Of a DNA stretch of 64,000 nucleotides, positions 14,870 to 32,107 are shown one piece after another. This stretch comes from Macrostomum lignano. Lineage: Eukaryota. Positions within the stretch are counted from its first letter, which is position 1, and the number at the start of each line of letters is the position of its first letter. The stretch spans positions 62,001 to 126,000 of the forward strand of contig NIVC01001849.1 in the NCBI GenBank assembly GCA_002269645.1, given 5' to 3'. Below the pieces are notes generated by a model. That model was not told the DNA's origin and did not search any database. It saw only the letters and a program-made list of their open reading frames with translations. Position numbers and translations under genes: made by a program.

Positions 14870-15240
14870 GAGGACAGAATAGGGAATAGATCAGAGAGAA
14901 GAGAGAAAGAGAGAGAAAGGATAGGTGAGATGAGAGAAGAGGGAATAGATCAGAGAGAAGAGAGAAAGAGAGAGAAAGGATAGGCGAGATGATAGAATAG
15001 GGAATAGATCAGAGAGAAGAGAGAAAGAGAGAGAAAGGATAGGTGAGATGATAGAATAGGGAATAGATCAGAGAGAAGAGAGAAAGAGAGAGAAAGGATA
15101 GGTGAGATGAGAGTATAGGGAATAGATCAGAGAGAAGAGAGAAAGAGAGAGAAAGGATAGGTGAGATGATAGAATAGGGAATAGATCAGAGAGAAGAGAG
15201 AAAGAGAGAGAAAGGATAGGTGAGATGAGAGAAGAGGGAA
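14870..15240. repeat. About 59-bp purine-rich tandem repeat (agggaatagatcagagagaagagagaaag...)
   Basis: About 6 visible units. Confidence 0.85.
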
Positions 15241-15599
15241 GAGGGCTGGGTAGAGGGGCTTCGCGGGCCGGAGTTTGTAGTTTCTCAAAGACTCAAAACT
15301 TTAGTTTGACAAGGTGAGTCACACTTGGATCTGGGGGCCTTTGAGAATTTTGCTGGCTATTTGCCTGTTGTGCAGATGTCGCTCGGCCGGAGTCTAGAGA
15401 GAACTTGGGCCTGGCTTCCGCTTGCCGATTGCTTGGGCTGCTGCAAAATGCTATAAATAAAAGCAAAGAGTTTACTTGCCGATGAGGGTGACTCACGGGA
15501 CTGTTTCTAGGGTCACGCCGCTCTGAATTAAGATTGGGGACTGTTCGAATGAAAAAGTGCCTGTAACCAAGCCATTAGAACATTAGAAAACTAGGACAA

Positions 15600-15836
15600 T
15601 AAGACACAGACAGACAGACAGGCAGGCAGGCAGGCAGACAGACAGACGGAAAGGCAGGCAGGCAAGAAGACAGACAGACAGACAGACAGACCGACAGACA
15701 GACAGACAGGCAGGCAGGCAGGCAGACAGGCAGGCAGACAGACAGACAGACAGACAGACACACAGACAGGCAGGCAGGCAGGCAGGCAGGCAGACAGACA
15801 GGCAGACAGACAGACAGACAGATAGGCAGGCAGACA

Positions 15837-15898
<62 letters not shown>

Positions 15899-15910
15899 CA
15901 AGTAGACAGA
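15600..15910. repeat. (CAGA)n/(CAGG)n microsatellite
   Basis: Direct. Confidence 0.9.
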
Positions 15911-16509
15911 CATAGGCAGGTGCGAACAGCAGCCAGCAGAGTGCAGCTGGCTAATTGACACTCAGCCTTGCCCTACAACAGCCGCACTTGTAAAAAGCAA
16001 AGCCAACCCCCAAGCAGCAGCAGGCAGACAGGTTGTTAGCTGGAGCACAGGGTCATTAAATCGTGTTTTTCGCCCTGGAGAGAGAGAGAGAGGCAACACC
16101 TCACTTGAGCAGCATTCTCTGCACTGCAGCGCTAATTTGTTGCGCAGCTCGGCAAGGCAGATTAACTATCGGCATTTTATTATCGCCGCATCGGCTACTG
16201 CGCTATCGCCAATACCGGGCGGGGGAGATTGTAAAATTTCAATTGCCGCTGAGGGAAATGAGGCTCGGACCTGCCTATAGCAGCTGGTGGTGGTCAGGCT
16301 ATTCTTCAGCATTCATAAAATACTAGAATAATATTAAAATTTGCTTGTCGGCTACTCTGTACCCAGTTCTCCGACTTGGAAGCTTGTTTTTCTTTAATTG
16401 TCGCAAGAAGCAGCAAGGTTGATTTGCAGAAAGTATCATATTTGTAGCTGCATAAATACATATTGCGACTCAAGAATCTGGTCTCAAACTATTCATCTTA
16501 TACTAGACA

Positions 16510-16855
16510 CTTTACAAACTGGAAAATTCACAAACTGGACACTTCACAAACTGGACAATTCACAAACTGGACAATTCACAAACCCGACACTTCACAAACT
16601 GGTCACTTCACAAACTGGACACTTCACAAACTGGACAATTCACAAACTGGATAATTCACAAACTGGACACTTCACAAACTGGACACTTCACAAACTGGAC
16701 ACTTCAAAAACTGGACAATTCACAAACTGGACACTTCACAAACTGGACACTTCACAAACTGGACAATTCACAAACTGGACACTTGACAAACTGGTCACTT
16801 CACAAACTGGACACTTAACAAACTGGACAATTCACAAACTGGACAATTCTCAAAG
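16510..16855. repeat. 16-bp minisatellite, array B (same family as 11283-11900)
   Basis: Same cacttcacaaactgga unit and same orientation. Confidence 0.9.
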
Positions 16856-17749
16856 TTGAACGTTTTTAGAATTAGTTTGCGGAGCGACCTCAATAAGAAT
16901 TATGGGATAATACGGCCTGCTGAATTCTGGGAATTGGCGGACAAGCGATGGGAAATATATAAGAAGCCGCTGCATGCTGCAGTGACTCACTGCGCTTTGT
17001 GCGCTCCAAATATTGGAGTCCCAGAGGAGAAAGTTGAGGAAACCCTTGGCTAGCCAAAGGCCCCCACCTGACTGCGCGGGTGAAGCTGGATTCTTCTCCA
17101 TCACAAAAACTCTCCGCCCTCCTCGCAGCCGCCCATCGTCACTTGGGCAGGTTAGGCTCAGGGATAAGGGAAACTGGGCGGACTCAAGTCAAGTCGCAGT
17201 CAAACCTGCCATTGTCGGCAACCCTCCTGCCCTCATTGTTGATAATTAATTAGCCTAGCGGGAAAGGGAAATTCTAGGAAATATTTTGGCTCTGAGAAAT
17301 CCTCATACTGCAGTCTTCCTCCACTCCAAATATTCCCAATATTTCTATGCCAGCCACGGAGTGGCTGCTGGGGTGGGGGGTTGTTCAACCAGTCAGACCC
17401 GATTGCGTAACCACTATTTTTTACATAGCTAAGCCTCCAGAGCCTTCCCATACTCCACTGCCACTTACTCCTACAATTTTTTTTCACCATCAGCAAGACA
17501 ACCACTCTTACTATTACCTGCCTACGGTTCCGGCATCTGTTGCTCTCACGCATGCCTGCCTCTTGTATGGTCTTTGTCCGCTTTGACAGGGCCATAGGGT
17601 GGCGGCGGCATGAGAAAGGCGAGCTTGATTTACTGTGCCGGATGGGGCGTAGGGGGCTGGCACTCACACATAGAATACGGTGAAGGGCTGTGCTGTCCGG
17701 TGACTAATAGATAATGAAGTCCTAAAGCTTCCAACTATTGTTTCTGGAA

Positions 17750-18185
17750 TCTTGGCGCGCCGCAAGTAAAATAAACCTATAGGCGCCACAAACAAACTTA
17801 GGCGCCACAAGCACAATGAACCTAGGCGCCACATGCACAACTTGAAGCGCCACAAGCAGAAACCCTTGCACTACAAGCAGAAACCTTGCTGGCGCCACCA
17901 GCATAATAAACCTTAGCGCCACATGCACAACTCGAAGCACCACAAGCATAATAAACCTTGGCGCCACATGCACAACTTAAAGCGCCACAAGCATAATAAA
18001 CCTTGGCGCCACATGCACAACTTAAAGCACCACAAGCATAATAAACCTTGGCGCCACATGCACAACTTAAAGCGCCACAAGCATAATAAACCTTGGCGCC
18101 ACATGCACAATTTGAAGCGCGCCACAAGCATAAACCTAGGCGCCACATGCACAATTTGAAGCGCGCCACAAGCATAAACCTAGGC
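17750..18185. repeat. 45-bp tandem repeat built from two gcgccac sub-units
   Basis: 15-aa period in ORF 17923..18159. Confidence 0.8.
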
Positions 18186-18787
18186 AGCTCCAAAAACAGC
18201 TCAGCAGAATGATTAACGTGACAGGTATGGACCAGTAATCGCACACTTACAGTCCAAAAGAAGGCCGAACAGCAGGAGCAGCAACCGAACAAGCAGCCGA
18301 GGCAATGTTCTCTTTAACTTCGGCATTGCCGCACCAATGTAGAAATGCTCATTATAGCAAAAGCAACATCTTTATGGAGGTGTTTGGATTCTTTTGCAGG
18401 CAAAACAAAAAATATATATTCAACTAGACAACTCAAGAGGAAATTAAAGATTCGAATATTCGAAAAGACACTTGAGAAGGGAGGGTAAGTGGCGAACAAG
18501 ACTGCTTGATGCACAGAGAGAACAGGCTGAGTAAAGAGGTCTGCTTTATAGAATAGCAGCCGTTCTGGAGGGAGGGGGGCTGAGCTTCAAGCCTCCTCAA
18601 TCCGAATACGCTATTTATTGTCCCTCTCTTGGCTGCGAATGGAGAGGAGGGGCGGACGGCTAACAGGCCAACCAACCAGAGACCTCCTGTCTCCGACCAA
18701 CCCTAAGGGGGGGGGCTACCCACGAGTAACCGACTCTAGAAACCTTTTGTGTTCAGTATTGCGCTCATATAAACAGGGGGCAGATAT

Positions 18788-19763
18788 GGGTGCCATCACA
18801 AGCTCGAAAAGTCACATCGTCGAAAAGCATCTACCATCACAATCTCGAAAAATCATAAGCTCGAAAAGTCATATCGTCGAAAAGTTTAGCAACCACCATC
18901 ACAAGCTCGAACATGGTTAGGGTTAGAGCTTGTGCCTTAGGGTTAGGGTTTAGGGTTAAGTTTAGGGTTGGGGTTAGAACTTGTGCCTTAGGGTTAGGGT
19001 TTAGGGTTAGGGTCGGGGTTAGAACTAGTGCCTTTAAGTTAGGGTTTAGGGTTAGGTTAGGGTTGGGGTTAGGGTTAGTGCCTTGGGGTTAGGGTTAGTG
19101 CCTTGGGGTTTCGACGATGTGATTTTTCGAGCTTGTGATGGTGGCTGCTAAATTTTTCGACGATATGATTTTTCGAGTTTATGACTTTTCGAGATTGTGA
19201 TGGAGCCTTGTTTTCGACGATATGATTTTTCGAGCTTATGACTTTTCGAGATTGTGATGGAGCCTTATTTTCGACGATATGATTTTTCGAGCTTATGACT
19301 TTTCGAGATTGTGATGGAGCCTTATTTTCGACGATATGATTTTTCGAGCTTATGACTTTTCGAGATTGTGATGGAGCCTTATTTTCGACGATATGATTTT
19401 TCGAGCTTATGACTTTTCGAGATTGTGATGGAGCCTTATTTTCGACGATATGATTTTTCGAGCTTATGACTTTTCGAGATTGTGATGGAGCCTTATTTTC
19501 GACGATATGATTTTTCGAGCTTATGACTTTTCGAGATTGTGATGGAGCCTTGTTTTCGACGATATGATTTTTCGAGCTTATGACTTTTCGAGATTGTGAT
19601 GGAGCCTTATTTTCGACGATATGATTTTTCGAGCTTATGACTTTTCGAGATTGTGATGGAGCCTTGTTTTCGACGATATGATTTTTCGAGCTTATGACTT
19701 TTCGAGATTGTGATGGAGCCTTATTTTCGACGATATGATTTTTCGAGCTTATGATGGCGACCC
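18788..19763. mobile_element. Non-autonomous fold-back DNA transposon with degenerate (TTAGGG)n core and expanded 57-bp subterminal repeat
   Basis: Inverted arms gggtgccatcacaagctcgaaaa... / ...ttttcgagcttatgatggcgaccc. Direct repeat GCAGATAT at 18780-18787 and 19764-19771. Telomere-like core at about 18917-19110. Confidence 0.75.
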
Positions 19764-19927
19764 GCAGATATGACAATAAAAAATGTTAAGTTGAGACACT
19801 TTCAACGCGAAATAGGTCAAATTATGCAGAGTAAAAGTAAGGCGGAGAGATTATTTACGAGTAATGGTTGCAGGGCATAAGTTACTCAGGGGAGTTTAAG
19901 AGTGACGGAGTTGGGTTGCCGCTTGCC

Positions 19928-20447
19928 CCTGTATCCTCCAGTGGGTTGTCCCATGCTCTTTTATCCTCCAGTGGGTTGTCCCATGCTCTTTTATCCTCCA
20001 GTGGGTTGTCCCATGCTCTTTTATCCTCCAGTGGGTTGTCCCATGCCTCTGTATCCTCCAGTGGGTTGTCCCATGCCCTTGTATCCTCCAGTGGGTTGTC
20101 CCATGCCTCTGTATCCTCCAGTGGGTTGTCCCATGCTCTTTTATCCTCCAGTGGGTTGTCCCATGCTCTTTTATCCTCCAGTGGGTTGTCCCATGCTCTT
20201 TTATCCTCCAGTGGGTTGTCCCATGCCCCTGTATCCTCCAGTGGGTTGTCCCATGCCATTGTATCCTCCAGTGGGTTGTCCCATGCCTCTGTATCCTCCA
20301 GTGGGTTGTCCCATGCTCTTTTATCCTCCAGTGGGTTGTCCCATGCCCCTGTATCCTCCAGTGGGTTGTCCCATGCCATTGTATCCTCCAGTGGGTTGTC
20401 CCATGCTCTTTTATCCTCCAGTGGGTTGTCCCATGCCCCTGTATCCT
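19928..20447. repeat. 30-bp minisatellite (TATCCTCCAGTGGGTTGTCCCATGCTCTTT)n, about 17 units
   Basis: Direct, exact 30-nt period. Confidence 0.95.
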
Positions 20448-20959
20448 TCAATGGGGTCCTTCAGTTGTAGTTCCAGTGAGTACGTGAAATGCATTTTCAT
20501 TACAATTAATTTTATTCAAGTTGAGACAACATTTATCGATGCCAGTGCTCGCATTTCTACTACAAGTAGCTAGGTGTGACTATTAGCGCGGTTTGTGAGG
20601 AAAATGGACTCAGATATTTGAGGCCTAACCATGACTGTATTATAAACAAATAATTTGCAGATTCTTTAATAGATTCTTTTACGAAGTTTGCAGATTTCAC
20701 TGTGGTAACAAAGCTTGAGTCGTAAACAACAATAAAGAGTTTAAGTGAGTTAGGAGTTTACGATTAATTAAGAGACATTACTTATATGTGAAGTAGATTG
20801 TTGCGATTGTATCGAAAAAATATTCGGGAATAATGAAGCAAATCATTTACAATTGTATAAGAACTTGGTGGTTACCAATTTATATTGTAAAAAAAGACAT
20901 TAAACTGGCCTGGGTCAGTCCGTAAATGGAGATTTAGCTAGTCAGGCTTGCTGCTGTCA

Positions 20960-21650
20960 GTCAGCGGGAAAGCACTCAGGCAGCAGGGAGCACTCAGTCA
21001 GCAGGAAAGCATTCATGCAGCAGGGAGCACTCAGGCAGCAGGGAGCACTCAGGCAGCAGGGAGCACTCAGGCAGCAGGGAGCACTCAGTCAGCAGGGAGC
21101 ACTCAGGCAGCAGGGAGCACTCAGTCAGCAGGGAGCACTCAGGCAGCAGGGAGCACTCAGGCAGCAGGGAGCACTCAGTCAGCAGGAAAGCATTCATGCA
21201 GCAGGAAAGCATTCATGCAGCAGGGAGCACTCAGGCAGCAGGGAGCACTCAGGCAGCAGGGAGCACTCAGGCAGCAGGGAGCACTCAGGCAGCAGGGAGC
21301 ACTCAGGCAGCAGGGAGCACTCAGGCAGCAGGAAAGCATTCATGCAGCAGGAAAGCATTCATGCAGCAGGGAGCACTCAGGCAGCAGGGAGCACTCAGGC
21401 AGCAGGGAGCACTCAGTCAGCAGGAAAGCATTCATGCAGCAGGAAAGCATTCATGCAGCAGGGAGCACTCAGGCAGCAGGGAGCACTCAGTCAGCAGGAA
21501 AGCATTCATGCAGCAGGGAGCACTCAGGCAGCAGGGAGCACTCAGGCAGCAGGGAGCACTCAGGCAGTAGGGAAGCACCCAGGCAGCAGGGAGCACTCAG
21601 GCAGTAGGGAAGCACTCAGGCAGCAGCAGGGAAGCACTCAGGCAGCAGGG
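20960..21650. repeat. 18-bp minisatellite (GCAGCAGGGAGCACTCAG)n with gcagcaggaaagcattcat variant
   Basis: Direct. Its edge overlaps the pLGIC stop codon. Confidence 0.9.
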
Positions 21651-21957
21651 TCTCGCACAGAGGCGCAGTGACAGCCAGGACAGCCCAGTAGGCGGCGCTG
21701 AAGGCCACCCAGGCCAGCGGCAGGGCGGCTCTCAGCAGGCGGCGGCACAGCCGGCAGCAGCGAACTTGACGACGTCGACGATGATGCCGGCCGCTGCCTC
21801 GACCATGTCCGGCAGCTCGGCCGACCGACGCATCGATACCCGCCGTGCTGAACAGATCGAGATGATCCGACGAGTCTGACAGCACGAGGGCGGCCGCCGC
21901 GGCGGATGTCGACCGCGGCGCCTTCGAGTAGGCCGTGATGGGCGAGCGGTAGGCCGC
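21616..21957 (-). CDS. pLGIC-like gene exon 7 (intracellular loop end, M4 RAALPLAWVAFSAAYWAVL, stop)
   Basis: catcggcAG acceptor, phase 0. M4-like helix resembling the FPxxF...YW pattern. TGA at 21618-21616. Confidence 0.7.
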   Translation of the reverse strand, partial: AAYRSPITAYSKAPRSTSAAAAALVLSDSSDHLDLFSTAGIDASVGRAAGHGRGSGRHHRRRRQVRCCRLCRRLLRAALPLAWVAFSAAYWAVLAVTAPLCETLLPECFPAAA

Positions 21958-21974
21958 CTGCCGATGGGGTGGAG

Positions 21975-22120
21975 ATCGGGGATGGTTTCAGGGATAGGAT
22001 CAGGGACGGGATCAGGGACGGGATCAGGGATGGGATCAGGGACGGGATCAGGGACGGGATCAGGGAGGGGATCAGGGATGGGATCGGGGATGAGATCAGG
22101 GAGGGGATCAGGGAGGGGAT
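21975..22120. repeat. 12-bp repeat (GGGATCAGGGAC)n in pLGIC intron 6
   Basis: Direct. Confidence 0.85.
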
Positions 22121-22405
22121 TAAGCATGGGCGAGCTCAAAGGATGGGGCAATTAAAGGTAGAGGTAATCAAAGGATGTGATCTCAAAGGACTACGGGTAT
22201 CATAGTATGAGGATTAAAATTACGGGGATAAAAAAGGATGGGAATAAAAACATAGGCAAGGATAGGGTTGAGATCATAATACGGTATGAATGTCTGCGCC
22301 AATCAGCTACTGTGAGTAGCTAGACAGTAGCGTCCTAACTTTGCTACTATTGATATTATACTTGGAAAAACGCAGGCAAGGCCGCACAGCAAACCGAACT
22401 CTCAC

Positions 22406-22672
22406 CTTGCCGGCGCCGGCGCCATTTTTGTTCGCGTCGGAGCCGTCGACGTGTCGCTCACCATCGTCATCGCGGTCTTCCTCGTTGCCACCGTCGTCGC
22501 GAGCATCGCTGCGGCTGCAGAAGCAGCAACAGCAGCAGCAACTGTCGGTGGAGGCGGAGCCGGGCGAGGCGACGGAGTCGGCAGCGGCGCTCAGAAGGCA
22601 GCAGACGGCGACGATGCAGGCGACGGCGTGCCAGGCATCCAGAATGGATAGCGGCTGTGGGAGCTGCCACGC
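22406..22672 (-). CDS. pLGIC-like gene exon 6 (M2-M3 loop LP..ILDAW, M3, Cys-run, loop)
   Basis: cccgcccAG acceptor and AAG|GTGAGA donor. 267 nt, phase 0-0. Confidence 0.7.
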
Positions 22673-22764
22673 CTGGGCGGGGGGTGAATTTTGAGTAGAA
22701 TTCTCTTGGTACTCTACTGTGAGACTGCCTCTGGGGATTCTTTGAGAGTTTATCGTGCTTAATG

Positions 22765-23238
22765 AGATTCTGTGAGATCCTGTGAGAAGCTGTGAGATTT
22801 TGTGGCATTCTGTGAGTTTCAATTAGATTTTGTGAGAATCTCAGAGATTCTGTGAGGTTCTGTGAGAATCTGTGAGATTCTGTGAGATTCTATGAGATTC
22901 TGTGAGATTCTATGAGATTCTGTGAGATTCTGTGAGATTCTGTGAGATTCTGTGAGATTCTATGAGATTCTGTGAGATTCTATGAGATTCTGTGAGATTC
23001 TATGAGATTCTGTGAGATTCTATGAGATTCTGTGAGATTCTATGAGATTCTGTGAGATTCTATGAGAATCTGTGAGATTCTATGAGAATCTGTGAGATTC
23101 TGTGAGAATCTGTGAGATTCTGTGAGAATCTGTGAGATTCTGTGAGAATCTGTGAGATTCTGTGAGAATCTGTGAGATTCTGTGAGAATCTGTGAGATTC
23201 TGTGAGAATCTGTGAGATTCTATGAGATTCTGTGAGAC
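22765..23238. repeat. 10-bp repeat (TGTGAGATTC)n in pLGIC intron 5
   Basis: Direct. Confidence 0.9.
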
Positions 23239-23379
23239 TCTCTTTAACGGGATTATATACAAATTAGCGAGAATCAGCGGCATCATCTAATAATTTCAAA
23301 AGGAAATTTCAAAGAAAATTTAAGTTCAGTGAATCTCAAACAAAAAATAGAAACTCAGAGCAGAAGGCAAAAGTCTCAC

Positions 23380-23573
23380 CTGCACGATGCAGTGAAGCGC
23401 CAGCAGATTCACGCAGACCCGAGCGGCTGGGCATTCAATGAGCAGAAACAGACTGGACAGACACAACAGGGTGAGGAGACCCGCCAGAATGCAACGGCGA
23501 AGCTCAGGCGAGGCCGCCGTGCTCAGCAGGTCCGACCGGATGCACACCTGCGCCTGCAGTCTCAGCCCGCGAG
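23380..23573 (-). CDS. pLGIC-like gene exon 5 (beta10, M1, AARV motif, M2)
   Basis: ttccacAG acceptor and CAG|GTGAGA donor. 194 nt, phase 1-0. LLTLLCLSSLFLLIECPAARV resembles GABA-A LIVILSWVSFWIN..SAARV. Confidence 0.7.
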
Positions 23574-23609
23574 CTGTGGAAGTGAGATTTTTTAAATAAC
23601 CCTGACCCT

Positions 23610-26268
23610 AATCACTGATTACCCTGAAGCCTCACTGATTACCTGAAGCCTCACTGATTATCCTGAAGCCTCACCAACTATCCCGAAGCCTCGATGATTA
23701 TCCTGAAGCCTTACCAACTATTCTGAAGCCTCAATAACTGTCCTGAAGCCTCACTAACTATCCTTATGCCTCAATAACTATCCCGAAGCCTCACGCCTCA
23801 CTGATTATCCTGAAGCCTCACCAACTATCCTGATGCCTCAATACGAGCTAACTATCCCGAAGCCTCACTGATTATCCTGAAGCCTCACCAACTATCCTGA
23901 AGCCTCACTGATTATCCTGAAGCCTCACCAACTATCCCGAAGCCTCGATGATTATCCTGAAGCCTCACCAAATATCCCGAAGCCTTACTGATTATCCTGA
24001 AGCCTCACTGATTATCCTGAAGCCTCACCAACTATCCCGAAGCCTCGATGATTATCCTGAAGCCTTACAAACTATTCTGAAGCCTCAATAACTTTCCTGA
24101 AGCCTCATTAACTATCCTGATGCCTCAATAACTATCCCGAAGCCTCACGCCTCACTGATTATCCTGAAGCCTCACCAACTATCCTGATGCCTCAATAACT
24201 ATCCCGAAGCCTCACTGATTATCCTGAAGCCTCACCAACTATCCTGAAGCCTCACTGATTATCCTGAAGCCTCACCAACTATCTTGAAGCCTCACTGAAT
24301 ATCCTGAAGCCTAACAACTATCCTGAAGCCTCACTGATTATCCTGAAGCCTCACTGATTATCCTGAAGCCTTACCAACTATTCTGAAGCCTCAATAAATG
24401 TCTTGAAGCCTCACCGACTATCCTGAAGCCTCAACGAATTTTCTGAAGTCTCACAGTTTATACTGAAATCTCACTGACTGTACTGAAGCCTCACTGCCTG
24501 TACTGAAGCTTCACTGACTGTCCCGAAGCCTCACTGACTGTCTCGAAGCCTCACTGACTGTGCTGAAGCCTCACTAACTGTACTGAAGCCTCACTAACTG
24601 TACTGAAGCCTCACTAACTGTACTGAAGCCTCACTTACTGTACTGAAGCCTCACTAACTGTACTGAAGCCTCACTAATTGTACTGAAGCCTCACTAACTG
24701 TACTGAAGCCTCACTAACTGTACTGAAGCCTCACTGCCTGTACTGAAGCCTCACTAACTGTACTGAAGCCTCACTAACTGTACTGAAGCCTCACTTACTG
24801 TACTGAAGCCTCACTAACTGTACTGAAGCCTCACTAACTGTACTCAGGCCTCACTAACTGTACTGAAGCCTCACTAACTGTACTGAAGCCTCACTAACTG
24901 TACTGAAGCCTCACTAACTGTACTGAAGCCTCACTTACTGTACTGAAGCCTCACTAACTGTACTCAGGCCTCACTAACTGTACTGAAGCCTCACTAACTG
25001 TACTGAAGCCTCACTAACTGTACTGAAGCCTCACTAACTGTACTGAAGCCTCACTGACTGTACTGAATCCTCACTAACTGTACTGAAGCCTCACTAACTG
25101 TACTGAAGCCTCACTTACTGTACTGAAGCCTCACTAACTGTACTCAGGCCTCACTAACTGTACTGAAGCCTCACTAACTGTACTCAGGCCTCACTAACTG
25201 TACTGAAGCCTCACTAACTGTACTGAAGCCTCACTGCCTGTACTGAAGCCTCACTAACTGTACTGAAGCCTCACTAACTGTACTGAAGCCTCACTTACTG
25301 TACTGAAGCCTCACTAACTGTACTGAAGCCTCACTAACTGTACTGAAGCCTCACTAACTGTACTGAAGCCTCACTAACTGTACTGAAGCCTCACTAACTG
25401 TACTGAAGCCTCACTAACTGTACTGAAGCCTCACTAACTGTACTGAAGCCTCACTAACTGTACTCAGGCCTCACTAACTGTACTGAAGCCTCACTAACTG
25501 TACTGAAGCCTCACTAACTGTACTGAAGCCTCACTAACTGTACTCAGGCCTCACTAACTGTACTGAAGCCTCACTAACTGTACTGAAGCCTCACTAACTG
25601 TACTCAGGCCTCACGAACTGTACTGAAGCCTCACTAACTGTACTGAAGCCTCACTAACTGTACTGAAGCCTCACTAACTGTACTGAAGCCTCACTAACTG
25701 TACTGAAGCCTCACTTACTGTACTGAAGCCTCACTAACTGTACGGAAGCCTCACTAACTGTACTGAAGCCTCACTTACTGTACTGAAGCCTCACTAACTG
25801 TACTCAGGCCTCACTAACTGTACTGAAGCCTCACTAACTGTACTCAGGCCTCACTAACTGTACTGAAGCCTCACTGCCTGTACGGAAGCCTCACTAACTG
25901 TACTGAAGCCTCACTAACTGTACTGAAGCCTCACTTACTGTACTGAAGCCTCACTAACTGTACGGAAGCCTCACTAACTGTACTGAAGCCTCACTAACTG
26001 TACTGAAGCCTCACTAACTGTACGGAAGCCTCACTAACTGTACTGAAGCCTCACTTACTGTACTGAAGCCTCACTTACTGTACTCAGGCCTCACTAACTG
26101 TACTGAAGCCTCACTAACTGTACTCAGGCCTCACTAACTGTACTGAAGCCTCACTAACTGTACTGAAGCCTCAATAACTGTACTGAAGCCTCACTAACTG
26201 TACTGAAGCCTCACTTACTGTACTGAAGCCTCACTTACTGTACTGAAGCCTCACTAACTGTACTGAAG
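23610..26268. repeat. 20-bp satellite (ACTAACTGTACTGAAGCCTC)n, left block; degenerate to about 24470, homogeneous after
   Basis: Direct. Confidence 0.95.
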
Positions 26269-26679
26269 GGGGGCAAACGGCAACTTAAACCGAGGGACTC
26301 TGTGACATCCGCCAGCTTTTCGTTTTTCGAGGAGGCTCTTCCCCCTCCTTTTCGTTCTGGCCTGGCGTGGAAGCGGCTAGCTTCCTCGTCTTGGTCTGCT
26401 GGTGGGGGACGGATCCCCCCTGCTGCTTTTTTGCGGGGCAGGTGGCTGCTAAGTAGTTGGCTGCTGGCTAAGCGCCAACTACCCATCGACAGCCCTTAGT
26501 TGCAACTGGTACCACACGGGTTCTCGAGGGCCGCTCTTGTGGGGGAGGGCTCGGGCGTCGGCTGTCAACTCGACCTGGCGCCTGTGTCCCAAGCCCGCAG
26601 CCGGCCTCCCGCCCCCTGATCTTGCAGAGTGTGGACCGGGGGCCTGCCGGAGCCTCGCCTGGGAGCAATCCTGGGATAA

Positions 26680-31557
<4,878 letters not shown>

Positions 31558-31654
31558 TCCTTGTGCTCTTTTACCTTGGGGTTGCGATAGGGGCCTCGCG
31601 GCCTATTCGCGGCGCCTGCGCCTCCCGTCAGTAGTAAGTAAGTAAGTAAGTAAG

Positions 31655-31941
31655 TAACTGTACTGAAGCCTCACTAACTGTACTGAAGCCTCACTAACTG
31701 TACTGAAGCCTCACTAACTGTACTGAAGCCTCACTGCCTGTACTGAAGCCTCACTAACTGTACTGAAGCCTCACTAACTGTACTGAAGCCTCACTAACTG
31801 TACTGAAGCCTCACTAACTGTACTGAAGCCTCACTAACTGTACTGAAGCCTCACTAACTGTACTGAAGCCTCACTAACTGTACTGAAGCCTCACTAACTG
31901 TACTGAAGCCTCACTAACTGTACTGAAGCCTCACTAACTGT
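31655..31941. repeat. 20-bp satellite, right block (about 14 units)
   Basis: Same unit resumes after the retrotransposon tail. Confidence 0.95.
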
Positions 31942-31975
31942 AGGAGCAAACAGTTCGTGCTTCAGTCGAGCTCAC

Positions 31976-32107
31976 CCTGCTCAGCAGAACCGGCCGCCTC
32001 GGTCACCCGATATACCAGAGGGTGCTGGCCGCCTCGCACTTCGCTGCACTTCAGCCGGTGCCGGTCGCTCGGACTCACCCGAATCGAGCGGCGACTCTGT
32101 GGATGAG
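31976..32107 (-). CDS. pLGIC-like gene exon 4 (loop 7 RRSIRVSPSDRHRLKC, beta8); acceptor at 32107 or 32094
   Basis: Pyrimidine tract then ccgcAG. G|GTGAGC donor in phase 1 matches exon 5. P-x-D-x-H motif. The 5' junction is unresolved. Confidence 0.55.

Noticed and set aside
15960-16080. Signal-peptide-like stretch (CLPAAAWGLALLFTSAAVVGQ) as the start of gene 1
   Set aside because: No in-frame ATG and only a poor GC donor.
18917-19110. TTAGGG tract as a real telomere or fusion scar
   Set aside because: It is short, degenerate and enclosed by inverted arms and a TSD.
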